This document shows positions 37,571 through 46,740 of a stretch of 64,000 bases of DNA, piece after piece (the stretch's first letter is position 1; every line of letters starts with the position of its first letter). The stretch covers positions 758-64,757 of the forward strand of contig JAHWJP010000002.1 in the NCBI GenBank assembly GCA_019348355.1, given 5' to 3'. A program made the position numbers and the translations under genes. The notes below the pieces were generated by a model, which was given only the letters and a program-made list of their open reading frames with translations, ran no database searches and had not been told where the DNA came from. The stretch comes from Actinomycetota bacterium. Its GTDB lineage: Bacteria; Actinomycetota; Actinomycetes; Mycobacteriales; SCTD01.

Positions 37571-38878
37571 ATGACACCGGTGGATCCACAGGACGAGGCC
37601 GTCGAGCTGTGCCGGGACCTCATCCGGTTCGCGAGCGTCAACGACGGCACGGGCCGCGGCAAGGGGGAGCGGGAGGCGGCGGAGTACGTCGCCGCGAAGC
37701 TCGGCGAGGTCGGCCTCGAACCGGAGATCTTCGAGTCGGCGACCAACCGCACCAGCGTCGTGGCCCGCGTCGAGGGCGAGGACCGCGCCCGTCCGGCCCT
37801 GCTCATCCATGGCCACCTCGATGTCGTGCCCGCCGAGCCCAAGCAGTGGACGTACGACCCGTTCGCCGGCGAGATCGCCGACGGTGCGCTGTGGGGCCGC
37901 GGCGCGATCGACATGCTCGACATGGACGCGATGACCCTCGCCGTCGTACGAGATCGGCTGGGGACGGGGCGAAAGCCCGCCCGCGACATCGTGCTCGCCT
38001 TCGTCGCGGACGAGGAGGCCGGCGGCGTCTTCGGGGCGCAGTGGCTCGTACGAAACCAGCCGCAGCTGTTCGAGGGGTGCACCGAGGCGATCAGCGAGGT
38101 GGGCGGCTTCTCGCTGTCGGTCAACGACGACCTGCGCCTCTACCTCATCGAGACCGCTCAGAAGGGCATGGCCTGGATGCGGCTCACCGCCAACGGCACC
38201 GCCGGCCACGGCTCGATGATCAGCACCGACAACGCCGTGACCAACCTCTGCGAAGCGGTCGCGCGCTTGGGTGCCCACGAGTTCCCCGTCCACGTGACCA
38301 AGACGGTACGAGCATTTCTCGACGAGATCGGCGGCGCTTTCGGCATCGAGCTCGACCCCGACGACCTCGCCGCCACGGTCGCGAAACTCGGCCCGTTGGC
38401 CCGCATCGTCGGCGCGACGCTGCGCAACACCGCCAACCCGACGATGCTCGACGCCGGCTACAAGCACAACGTCATCCCCGGGTCAGCGTCGGCGATGGTC
38501 GACGGGCGATACCTGCCGGGTTTCGCCGACGACTGGGAGCGCGAGCTCGACGAGGTGCTCGGCCCGGACATCGCGCGCGAATACGTCCACTACGACATCG
38601 CCCTCGAGACCGAGTTCGAGGGGGCGCTGGTCGAGGCGATGTCCCGCGTGCTGACGGCCGAGGACCCGGGCGCGCGAACCATCCCGTACATGCTCTCGGG
38701 TGGCACTGATGCCAAGAGCTTCAGCCGGCTGGGGATGCGCTGCTTCGGCTTCTCTCCGCTGAGACTGCCTGCCGGGCTGGACTTCTCCGGGATGTTCCAC
38801 GGCGTCGACGAACGGGTGCCGCTGGAGTCGCTGAAGTTCGGCGTTCGGGTGCTCGACCGGTTTCTGGACGCCTGTTGA
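37571..38878 (+). CDS. M20/M25/M40 metallo-hydrolase (ArgE/DapE-like)
   Basis: HGHLDVV, WGRGAIDM, ADEEAGG, ISEVGG, FHGVDER. Confidence 0.94.
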   Translation: MTPVDPQDEAVELCRDLIRFASVNDGTGRGKGEREAAEYVAAKLGEVGLEPEIFESATNRTSVVARVEGEDRARPALLIHGHLDVVPAEPKQWTYDPFAGEIADGALWGRGAIDMLDMDAMTLAVVRDRLGTGRKPARDIVLAFVADEEAGGVFGAQWLVRNQPQLFEGCTEAISEVGGFSLSVNDDLRLYLIETAQKGMAWMRLTANGTAGHGSMISTDNAVTNLCEAVARLGAHEFPVHVTKTVRAFLDEIGGAFGIELDPDDLAATVAKLGPLARIVGATLRNTANPTMLDAGYKHNVIPGSASAMVDGRYLPGFADDWERELDEVLGPDIAREYVHYDIALETEFEGALVEAMSRVLTAEDPGARTIPYMLSGGTDAKSFSRLGMRCFGFSPLRLPAGLDFSGMFHGVDERVPLESLKFGVRVLDRFLDAC

Positions 38879-38909
38879 CAACTCGCACAGGCCCTTCGAT
38901 GACGAGAGG

Positions 38910-39431
38910 ATGAGCGCCATGAAGACAATCGTGCTGGGCGAGCACAAGGAGGTCGCGGAGCTCATCGAGCGCCGCCGCTCCCTGGGGCTCGACGGCCACG
39001 ACGAGGTCTGGGACGGGGTCTACGTCATGGCGCCTCGCGCGCACAGCAACCACGGGGTGCTGAAGGGCCAGCTGGTCTACGCCCTGGAGCCACGAGCCCG
39101 GCGAGCCGGCCTGCGCTCGGGTGATTGCTTCAACCTCGGCGAGAAGGACAACTTCCGGGTGCCGGACGCCGGCTACCACCGCGGAGTCCCCGGCGTGCTC
39201 TACGTGCCGACTGCCGCGCTGGTCCTCGAGGTGCTCTCACCCGATGACGAGACCTTCGCGAAGTGCGACTTCTACGCAGCGCACAGCGTGGACGAGCTGA
39301 TGGTCGCCGACCCGGAGGCTCGCACCGTCCGCTGCTGGCACCTCGTCGACGGCGCCTACGTCGAGCAGCCGCGCAGCGCCCTGCTCGACGTGGAGATGGC
39401 GACCCTCGTCGCCGAGGTCGACTGGCCGTAG
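38910..39431 (+). CDS. Uma2 family putative endonuclease
   Basis: EVWDG..VMAP...H, VPD, LVLEVLSPDD. Confidence 0.88.
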   Translation: MSAMKTIVLGEHKEVAELIERRRSLGLDGHDEVWDGVYVMAPRAHSNHGVLKGQLVYALEPRARRAGLRSGDCFNLGEKDNFRVPDAGYHRGVPGVLYVPTAALVLEVLSPDDETFAKCDFYAAHSVDELMVADPEARTVRCWHLVDGAYVEQPRSALLDVEMATLVAEVDWP

Positions 39432-39559
39432 CGGTGGGCTGGTGCCCAGCCGTACGGCCCCGGTCGTCGGGGAGCAGACGCCGCGCTCAGCCGCGGTGGA
39501 TGCTCCCCGGCCGGGCGGGGCGGCCGGCGTTGGGGAGCAAAGCCCGCGCCCAGCCCAAC

Positions 39560-39751
39560 TCAGGTCGGCAGCGGAGGCAGCGGCTCGGCCCGCACCCGCC
39601 GGCGGACCGTGACCTGGCGCCGCCCGCCCGGCCAGATCTCGTGGCGGGCGAGCTCCCAGTCGCCGTACTCAGCATGGATCGCCAGCAGCTCGCGGGTCTG
39701 GTCCCGGTCGGCGTCCGGCGGGATGCGGACCGCGCGGTACTCGTACGGCAT
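39560..39751 (-). CDS. DUF5703 family small protein
   Basis: YEYR...HAEYGDWELAR...GRR.V..RRR. Confidence 0.85.
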   Translation of the reverse strand: MPYEYRAVRIPPDADRDQTRELLAIHAEYGDWELARHEIWPGGRRQVTVRRRVRAEPLPPLPT

Positions 39752-39756
39752 GCGGG

Positions 39757-40758
39757 TCAGTCTTCCAGGTCGTCCGACGACCAGCGAGGCATCGTCTCCG
39801 GATAGGCGTGGTCGATCGCCGACACGTCGTCGAGGGCGCCCCGGATCGCCGGCGGCAGCTCCACGTGCTCGGCGGCGAGCGAGGCCTGTAGCTGCGCGGC
39901 GGTGCGGGCGCCGACGATCGGCGCGACGACACCCGGCCGGTCCCGCACCCAGGCCAGGGCGACCGCGACCGGGGAGACGCCCAGCCCGTCGGCTGCCGTC
40001 AGGACCGCGTCGACGACCCACCGGGCGCGGTCGTCGAGATAGGGCTCGACGAACCCGGAGAAGTGCGCGGACGCCCCGCGGCTGTCGGCGGGCGGGCCGT
40101 TGCGGTATTTCCCGGTCAGCACGCCGCGGCCCAGCGGCGACCAGGGCAGCAGGCCGACCCCCGTCGCCATCGCTGCCGGCACGACCTCCCGCTCGATCCC
40201 GCGCTGCAGCAGGGAGTACTCCACCTGGTCCGAGACCAGCGGCGCGCGCCCGGGCCAGCTCCGCTGATGGGTCGCTGTCGCCGCAAGCTGCCAGCCGCAG
40301 TAGTTGGACACCCCCACGTAGCGGGCCCGACCGGAGCTGACCGCCGTGTCGAGGGCCGCCATCGCCTCCTCCCACGGCGTGACCGGGTCCCACGCGTGCA
40401 GCTGCCACAGGTCGACGTGGTCGGTCTGCAGCCGTGCGAGGGAGGCGTCGAGCGCCGACAGCAGGTGACCGCGCGAGGTCCCGCGCCCCATCGGCCCGGG
40501 ACCGGTCTCGCCGTAGGCCTTGGTCGCCACCAGCACCTCGTCGCGTGGCACCACTTCGGTCAGCAGCCGGCCGAGCACCTGCTCGCTTGCCCCGCCGGCG
40601 TAGACGTCGGCGGTGTCGACCAGCGTGCCGCCAGCCTCGCGAAAGGCGATCAGCTGCGCGGCGGCGTCGTCCTCGTCGGTGTCCCCGCCCCAGGTCATCG
40701 TGCCGAGCGCGAGCCGGGACACGATCAGACCGCTGCGGCCCAGGTGACGCTGCTTCAA
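39757..40758 (-). CDS. Aldo/keto reductase
   Basis: LGRSGL.VSRLALGTMTWG, DTADVY, ATK, GVSN, WSPLGRG; TTG start after an AAGGAG RBS. Confidence 0.95.
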   Translation of the reverse strand: MKQRHLGRSGLIVSRLALGTMTWGGDTDEDDAAAQLIAFREAGGTLVDTADVYAGGASEQVLGRLLTEVVPRDEVLVATKAYGETGPGPMGRGTSRGHLLSALDASLARLQTDHVDLWQLHAWDPVTPWEEAMAALDTAVSSGRARYVGVSNYCGWQLAATATHQRSWPGRAPLVSDQVEYSLLQRGIEREVVPAAMATGVGLLPWSPLGRGVLTGKYRNGPPADSRGASAHFSGFVEPYLDDRARWVVDAVLTAADGLGVSPVAVALAWVRDRPGVVAPIVGARTAAQLQASLAAEHVELPPAIRGALDDVSAIDHAYPETMPRWSSDDLED

Positions 40759-40839
40759 CCGTCGCTCCTTGTTTGCCGCGACGCTAGCGGAGCGCAGGTG
40801 GCTACGCTGCCGCCACACCCAATCTCGAGGAGGCTGGAC

Positions 40840-41892
40840 GTGAAGCTCGGCCTCAATCTGGGCTACTGGGGGGGCGGCAACGACGCTGACAACCTCCGGC
40901 TCGCGCAGACCGCGGACGAGCTCGGCTACGCCGTCGCCTGGGTGGCCGAGGCGTACGGCTCGGACGCACCGACGGTCCTGGCCTGGGTTGCCGCGCAGAC
41001 GAAGCGGATCGACGTCGGCTCGGCCATCTTCCAGATCCCCGGCCGCACCCCGGCCAACTGCGCGATGACAGCCGCGACGCTCGACACCCTGTCGGGTGGG
41101 CGTTTTCGTCTCGGCCTCGGCGTCTCCGGACCGCAGGTGTCGGAGGGCTGGCACGGCGTGCGGTTCGACAAGCCGCTGGCCCGCACGAGGGAGTACAGCG
41201 ACATCGTCAAGCTGGCGCTGCGCCGCGAGAAGGTGCAGTACGACGGCCAGCACTACGTCCTGCCGCTGCCCGACGGGCCGGGCAAGGCGCTGCGCCTCAC
41301 CGTGTACCCGGTGCGCGAGACCATCCCGATGTACCTCGCCGCGGTGGGCCCGAAGAACCTCGAGTTGTCCGGCGAGCTGTTCGACGGGTGGCTCGCCATC
41401 TTCTTCTCCGCCGACCACGCGAGCGCGTCACTCGCCTCGATCGGGGCCGGCCGGGCCAAGGTCGGCAAGACGATGGCCGGCTTCGACGTGGTGCCGACCA
41501 TGCCGATCGTCGTCGGCGACGACCCCCGCGCCTGCGCCGACCCGGTCCGCTGGTATGCCGCGCTCTACGTCGGCGGGATGGGCAGCCGCGAGAAGAACTT
41601 CTACAACCAGTTGGCGGTCCGCATGGGCTTCGAGGATGCGGCGAAGAGCATCCAGGACCACTACCTGACAAGGGAGTACGACGCGGCCGCCGCCGCCGTC
41701 CCGTACGACTTCCTCGACGCCACCTGCCTGCTCGGCAGCAAGGAGCGCATCGCCGAGCGGATGCAGGTGCTGGCCGCGAGCGGTGTCACGACCCTCACGC
41801 TGTCGCCCGGCTTCGACGGCTCGCCGGCGGAGCAGCAGGCCACGCTGCGCACCGCCGTCGAGGCGCTCGAGCTTGCGGGCGTGGGGGACTGA
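40840..41892 (+). CDS. LLM class F420-dependent oxidoreductase
   Basis: AEAYGSDA, GLGVSGPQVSEGWHG, GGMG...NFYN. Confidence 0.94.
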   Translation: MKLGLNLGYWGGGNDADNLRLAQTADELGYAVAWVAEAYGSDAPTVLAWVAAQTKRIDVGSAIFQIPGRTPANCAMTAATLDTLSGGRFRLGLGVSGPQVSEGWHGVRFDKPLARTREYSDIVKLALRREKVQYDGQHYVLPLPDGPGKALRLTVYPVRETIPMYLAAVGPKNLELSGELFDGWLAIFFSADHASASLASIGAGRAKVGKTMAGFDVVPTMPIVVGDDPRACADPVRWYAALYVGGMGSREKNFYNQLAVRMGFEDAAKSIQDHYLTREYDAAAAAVPYDFLDATCLLGSKERIAERMQVLAASGVTTLTLSPGFDGSPAEQQATLRTAVEALELAGVGD

Positions 41893-42782
41893 AGCTCTCT
41901 CAGGCGGCGGTTCTGGGGCTCGCGCAGGGCGTTGCCGAGGTCGTCCCGGTCTCCTCCTCGGCGCAGCTGGTCCTGCTGCCCTGGCTGCTCGGCTGGAAGC
42001 AGCCACCGGACCGGACGGCCTTCGCCGCCGGGCTGCATGCCGGCTCGTGCCTCGGCATCGCCGTCGTGCTGCGCCACGAGCTCTGCTCGCTCGACCGGCG
42101 GACGGTGGGGTTGCTGGCCGGCTCCTGCCTTCCGGCCGCTGTCGCCGGGACGTTCGCCGCCGACCGGGTCGAGGCGCGGCTCGGCCGGCCACCGCAGCTG
42201 GCCGTCCTGCTCGCCGGGGCGGGCGCGCTGCTCTGGCTGGCCGACCGGCGCGGCCCGCAGTCCGCCGCATCCGACCTCCAGCACCGCCCGCCCAAGATCA
42301 TCAGGAGATCGCCGCGGGACACGCCAGGCGAGTCGGACGGCAAGCTCCTGATGATCAAGGAACAGGGGAGCGGGGAGCCCGGGGTCGGCCCTCGCGAGAC
42401 CGCCTACGCCGCCCTCGCCCAGGTGGCCGCGCTCGCGCCGGGCGTCTCCCGCTCCGGCGCGACGCTGACCGCGCTTCGGGCCGCCGGGGTCGACCGCGCA
42501 CCGGCCCAGCGGTTCTCGCTGCTCATGTCGTTGCCGGTCACCGCCGGCGCAGCGGTGCTCACCCTGGCGCGCTCGGACCGTACGACGCTGCGCGCGCTGT
42601 CCCCGTCGCTCGCGACAGGCGCCACCTGCGCCGGGCTCGCCGGCGCCGCGGCGGCCTGGACGCAGCAGCGGCGCCCCGGCCGCAGCGCCACCGGCCCGGC
42701 GCTCTACCGTCTGGGGCTTGCCGCCGTGGTCGCCCGACGCGTCCTTGCCGAACATCGATCGAGCCGGAAGGACCTGCTGTGA
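41889..42782 (+). CDS. Divergent undecaprenyl-diphosphate phosphatase (UppP/BacA) paralog with loop insertion
   Basis: QGVAEVVPVSSSAQL and PGVSRSGAT motifs; only a CTG start overlapping the upstream stop is evident. Confidence 0.75.
   Translation: MKLSQAAVLGLAQGVAEVVPVSSSAQLVLLPWLLGWKQPPDRTAFAAGLHAGSCLGIAVVLRHELCSLDRRTVGLLAGSCLPAAVAGTFAADRVEARLGRPPQLAVLLAGAGALLWLADRRGPQSAASDLQHRPPKIIRRSPRDTPGESDGKLLMIKEQGSGEPGVGPRETAYAALAQVAALAPGVSRSGATLTALRAAGVDRAPAQRFSLLMSLPVTAGAAVLTLARSDRTTLRALSPSLATGATCAGLAGAAAAWTQQRRPGRSATGPALYRLGLAAVVARRVLAEHRSSRKDLL
42296..42356. repeat. GATC-terminated REP/MITE-like hairpin, copy 3 (intragenic, in frame)
   Basis: GATCATCAGGAG...CTCCTGATGATC perfect 12-bp arms. Confidence 0.8.
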
Positions 42783-43600
42783 GCCTCGGGCTGCTCGACG
42801 CGGTGATCCTGGGCGTCGTTGAGGGGCTGACCGAGTTCCTGCCCGTGTCGAGCACCGGCCACCTGACGATCACCGAGGGGTTGCTCGGCCTCGAGGTCGA
42901 CGACCCGTCGGTCACCGCGTTCACCGCGGTCATCCAGAGCGGCGCCATCCTCGCCGTACTGATCTTCTTCGCCAAGGACATCGCCCGCTTCGCCCGCGGC
43001 TTCTTCGCCGGCGTGCGCTCGGCCGCCGGACGCCAGACCGACGACTGGCGCTTCACCCTGGCCGTCGTGCTCGGCTCGCTGCCCATCGGCGTCGTGGGCC
43101 TGCTCTTTCGTGACGTCATCAAGGGGCCGGTGCTCCGCTCGCTCACCACGGTGGGGATCGCGCTCATCGCCTGGAGCGCCGTCATGGTGCTGGCCGAGCG
43201 GCGCGCCACCCAGGAGCGCGGCGAGCCCGAGGTGACGATCCGGGACGGACTGCTCATCGGCCTGGCCCAGTGCGTCGCGCTCGTCCCGGGGGTGTCCCGC
43301 TCGGGGGCGACGATCTCGGCCGGCCTGCTGCTCGGGATCGACCGGGTGACCGCCACCCGCATGTCGTTCTTCCTCGCCATCCCGGCGCTCACGGCCGCAG
43401 GGGCACTCGAACTGCCCTCTGCCCTCGACGGCAGCGTCGGCGCCAGCCCAGTGATCGTCGGGACGGTCGTGTCCTTCGTCGTGGCCTACGCCTCGATCGC
43501 CTTTTTGCTCAAGTTCGTGGCCAGCAACTCGATCGTGGCCTTCGTGCCCTACCGGGTGGCGCTCGGCGCCGTCGTGCTCGGGGTCCTCGCGTTCACCTGA
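42779..43600 (+). CDS. uppP: Undecaprenyl-diphosphate phosphatase
   Basis: Canonical EGLTEFLPVSSTGHL and PGVSRSGATI; SFFLAIP; F..YR. Confidence 0.95.
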   Translation: MSLGLLDAVILGVVEGLTEFLPVSSTGHLTITEGLLGLEVDDPSVTAFTAVIQSGAILAVLIFFAKDIARFARGFFAGVRSAAGRQTDDWRFTLAVVLGSLPIGVVGLLFRDVIKGPVLRSLTTVGIALIAWSAVMVLAERRATQERGEPEVTIRDGLLIGLAQCVALVPGVSRSGATISAGLLLGIDRVTATRMSFFLAIPALTAAGALELPSALDGSVGASPVIVGTVVSFVVAYASIAFLLKFVASNSIVAFVPYRVALGAVVLGVLAFT

Positions 43601-43623
43601 GCGCACCTGGGACGCTTACCGCC

Positions 43624-44661
43624 ATGAGCCTCGACCAGACGCAGCAGAACGCAGCGACAGCCTGCCGGGCGCAGAGCCCGACCGGTTGCCAGGCCCACAC
43701 CCGGCTCTACCGGGCCGGTGAACTGGTGGCCGAGGGCTTCGAGGTGTGCGACATCAGCGACCACCTCGCCGAGCCCGACACGGTGGTCTGGTTGGACCTG
43801 TTGAAGCCGTCGGCGAGCGACATGGGGGTGGTCGTCGAGGAGTTCGGACTGCACCCGCTGGCCATCGAGGATGCCCTGCAGGAGCAACAGCGCCCCAAGA
43901 TCGACCGCTACCCCGACCACGCTTTCCTCACGGCCTACGCGGTGTCGTGCGCGCCGGGCGACCTGCTGCTCCACACCGGGGAGATCGCGGCGTTCATCAC
44001 CTCCCGGGCGCTGGTCACCGTGCGCAAGGACGATCTGCTGGAGCTGCAGCCCCTGCTCGACCGGTGGGACAGCACCCCGGAGCTGACGAAGTCGGGCGTC
44101 GCCTTCCTGGCCCACGGCCTGGTCGACCACCTCGTGGACGGGCAGAGCGCTGCTGTCTCGCTGCTCGACGACGAGGCCGAGGAGCTCGAGGACCTGCTGT
44201 TCGACGAGCAGCAGACCGGCGGCGACCTGCAGCGACGGTCCTTCGCCCTGCGCAAGTCTCTCACCCAGCTGCGCCGTGCCGTGCTGCCGATGCGCGACGT
44301 GCTCGCGACGATGCTACGGCCCGATCTCGGGCTGGCCGACGAGCGGATGGCGCCCTACCTGCGAGATGTGGACGACCACGTCCAGCGCTCGGCGGCTGAC
44401 ATCGACGGCTTGCGCGACCTGCTCGCCACCATCTTGGACACCAACCTGACGCTGGCGAGCAACCGGCTCAACGAGACCGTCTTCCGGCTGACCGCCTACG
44501 CGGCGATCCTCGCGGTCACCACTGCCTTCACCGGCTACTTCGGGCAGAACGTCCCCTTCCCCGGCTCCGAGCAGACCAGCGGCTTCGTGGCCTCGACGGT
44601 GCTGCTGGTCGGCTCGGTCGTCTTGCTGTTCACCTTCTTCAAGCGCAAGGGCTGGCTCTGA
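43624..44661 (+). CDS. corA: CorA family divalent cation transporter
   Basis: WLDL..P, LHPLAIED, QRPK, YLRDV.DH, TGYFGQN (GxN) motif, KRKGWL. Confidence 0.9.
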   Translation: MSLDQTQQNAATACRAQSPTGCQAHTRLYRAGELVAEGFEVCDISDHLAEPDTVVWLDLLKPSASDMGVVVEEFGLHPLAIEDALQEQQRPKIDRYPDHAFLTAYAVSCAPGDLLLHTGEIAAFITSRALVTVRKDDLLELQPLLDRWDSTPELTKSGVAFLAHGLVDHLVDGQSAAVSLLDDEAEELEDLLFDEQQTGGDLQRRSFALRKSLTQLRRAVLPMRDVLATMLRPDLGLADERMAPYLRDVDDHVQRSAADIDGLRDLLATILDTNLTLASNRLNETVFRLTAYAAILAVTTAFTGYFGQNVPFPGSEQTSGFVASTVLLVGSVVLLFTFFKRKGWL

Positions 44662-44685
44662 GCGCACCGCGACTAGGTTCTCCCC

Positions 44686-45384
44686 GTGACCACCGTCGTC
44701 CTCGTCCGGCACGGCCTGACACACCTGACGGGACCGGTGCTCGCCGGCTGGACCCCCGGCCTGCACCTCGACGAGCGCGGCGAGAAGCAGGCTGCCGCCG
44801 TCGCCGAGCGGCTGCGCCCGCTGCCACTCACCGCCGTCGTGTCGAGCCCGCTCGACCGCTGCCTCGACACCGCCGCGGCGATCCTCGCCGGCCGCGACGT
44901 CGAGCTGCAGGTCGATGATCGGCTGGGGGAGTGCCGCTACGGCGACTGGACCGGCCGGCCGCTCAAGGAGCTGGGCAAGGACCCGCTGTGGAAGGTGGTG
45001 CAGGCCCATCCGTCAGCGGTGGTGTTCCCGGGTCCGGAGGGAGAAGCCCTTCGGGACACGCAGGTACGGGCGGTCGCCGCCGTACGCGACTGGAACTCCC
45101 GACTCGGCCCCGACGCGACCTGGCTGGCCTGCTCGCACGGCGATGTCATCAAGGCGATCGTCGCGGACGCCATGGGGCTGCACCTCGACCAGTTCCAGCG
45201 GATCATGATCGACCCGTGTTCGGTCACGGTGATCCGCTACACCGAGCTGCGCCCGTTCGTGGTCCGCGTCAACGACACCGGCGGCGGCGTGACCGACCTG
45301 CTGCCCGCCCGCAAGAAGGGTCGGCGTCGCAAGGCCAGCTCGGACGCTCCCGTCGGCGGTGGCGCGGGCACCGGGTCGGACTAA
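44686..45384 (+). CDS. Histidine phosphatase (MSMEG_4193-like phosphomutase)
   Basis: LVRHG, SSPL.RC, EC.YG.W, SHGDVIK. Confidence 0.92.
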   Translation: MTTVVLVRHGLTHLTGPVLAGWTPGLHLDERGEKQAAAVAERLRPLPLTAVVSSPLDRCLDTAAAILAGRDVELQVDDRLGECRYGDWTGRPLKELGKDPLWKVVQAHPSAVVFPGPEGEALRDTQVRAVAAVRDWNSRLGPDATWLACSHGDVIKAIVADAMGLHLDQFQRIMIDPCSVTVIRYTELRPFVVRVNDTGGGVTDLLPARKKGRRRKASSDAPVGGGAGTGSD

Positions 45385-45393
45385 GGTCGCGGT

Positions 45394-45951
45394 GTGCCCC
45401 GTCAGCTGTTCGTCTTCGACCCGCCCGAGCGCTTCGTCGCCGGCACGGTCGGTCAGCCCGGCGACCGGACGTTCTACCTGCAGGCCACCGGAGCCGGCCG
45501 TACCGTCTCGGTCGCGCTCGAGAAGGTGCAGGTCGTCGTGCTCGCCGAACGGCTCGGGGAGCTGCTCGAGGAGGTGCGCCGCCGCGGCGTCGGCGAGGTG
45601 CCCGCTGTCGCGCCGCCCGAGCTCGAGGACACCGCGCCGCTGGACGCCCCCGTCGAGGAGGAGTTCCGGGTCGGGACGATGGGCCTGGCGTGGGACGGCG
45701 AGACGGCCAAGGTGGTCGTCGAGGCGCTGGCGCCCGCCGAAGGCGAGGACACCCCGGAGGTCGAGCCGCTGACCGAGACCGAGGAGGGCCCGCCGGCGCT
45801 GCGGGTGCTGCTGACGGCCGAGATGGCCCGGGCCTTCATCCAGCGGGCGCAGCGCGTCGTCGCGGCGGGCCGTCCGCCCTGCCCGCTGTGCGCCCTGCCG
45901 CTCGATCCTGAAGGTCACATCTGCCCGCGCCAGAACGGGCACCGCCGCTGA
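45394..45951 (+). CDS. DUF3090 family protein
   Basis: RFVAGTVGQPGDRTFYLQA, GRPPCPLC..PLDPEGHICPRQNG. Confidence 0.92.
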   Translation: MPRQLFVFDPPERFVAGTVGQPGDRTFYLQATGAGRTVSVALEKVQVVVLAERLGELLEEVRRRGVGEVPAVAPPELEDTAPLDAPVEEEFRVGTMGLAWDGETAKVVVEALAPAEGEDTPEVEPLTETEEGPPALRVLLTAEMARAFIQRAQRVVAAGRPPCPLCALPLDPEGHICPRQNGHRR

Positions 45952-45998
45952 GTGGCAGCGAGGCTGCGGCCGACGGTCCGCTGCCTGACACTGGTCCG

Positions 45999-46721
45999 GT
46001 GACCGCGACCCTCGAGCTCGACGAGGTGCTACGCCTGCTGCGGGAAGGCGAGCTGTCGGTCGAGGGGCGGCTGGTCGACGCGAGCAACGCCACGCTCTAC
46101 TGCGTGGCCGAGCTCGGCGGCGTGAGTGCGGCCGTCGTCTACAAGCCGGTACGCGGCGAGCGCCCCCTCTGGGACTTCCCGGACGGCACGCTCGCCGGCC
46201 GCGAGGTGGCGGCCTACCTCGTCTCGCAGGCGACCGGTTGGGACGTCGTGCCGCCGACCGTGCTGCGGGAGGGGCCGTTCGGGACGGGGATGTGCCAACT
46301 GTGGGTGGACGTCGACGAGGGCATCGACTTGGGGGCGCTCTCACGCAGCGACCATCCGGATCTACGCCGCATGGCGGTCCTCGACGCAGTGATCAACAAC
46401 GCCGACCGCAAGGGCGGCCACCTGCTGCCTCGCGCGGACGGCCGGGTGCAGGGGGTCGATCACGGCATCTGCTTCTCGACCGAGGACAAGCTGCGTACCC
46501 TGCTGTGGCAGTGGCGCGGCACGGCGCTGCCGGACGAGGCGGTCGCGACCCTCACCGCCTTGCGCGAAGACCTGCGGTGTGCGCTGGGTGAGGCTCTGCA
46601 CCCGCTGCTGACCGTACGGGAAGTGCGGGCTACGGCGGCGCGCGTCGACCGGCTGCTCGCCAGCGGCTGCTTCCCGGAGCCGTCCTTGGACTGGCCGGCG
46701 ATCCCCTGGCCGCCCTTCTGA
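45999..46721 (+). CDS. SCO1664 family (PI3/4-kinase-like) protein
   Basis: ASN, VYKP..GERPLWDFPDG, NNADRKGGH, VDHG. Confidence 0.92.
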   Translation: MTATLELDEVLRLLREGELSVEGRLVDASNATLYCVAELGGVSAAVVYKPVRGERPLWDFPDGTLAGREVAAYLVSQATGWDVVPPTVLREGPFGTGMCQLWVDVDEGIDLGALSRSDHPDLRRMAVLDAVINNADRKGGHLLPRADGRVQGVDHGICFSTEDKLRTLLWQWRGTALPDEAVATLTALREDLRCALGEALHPLLTVREVRATAARVDRLLASGCFPEPSLDWPAIPWPPF

Positions 46722-46740
46722 CCGTCGGTAGGCTGACCCG

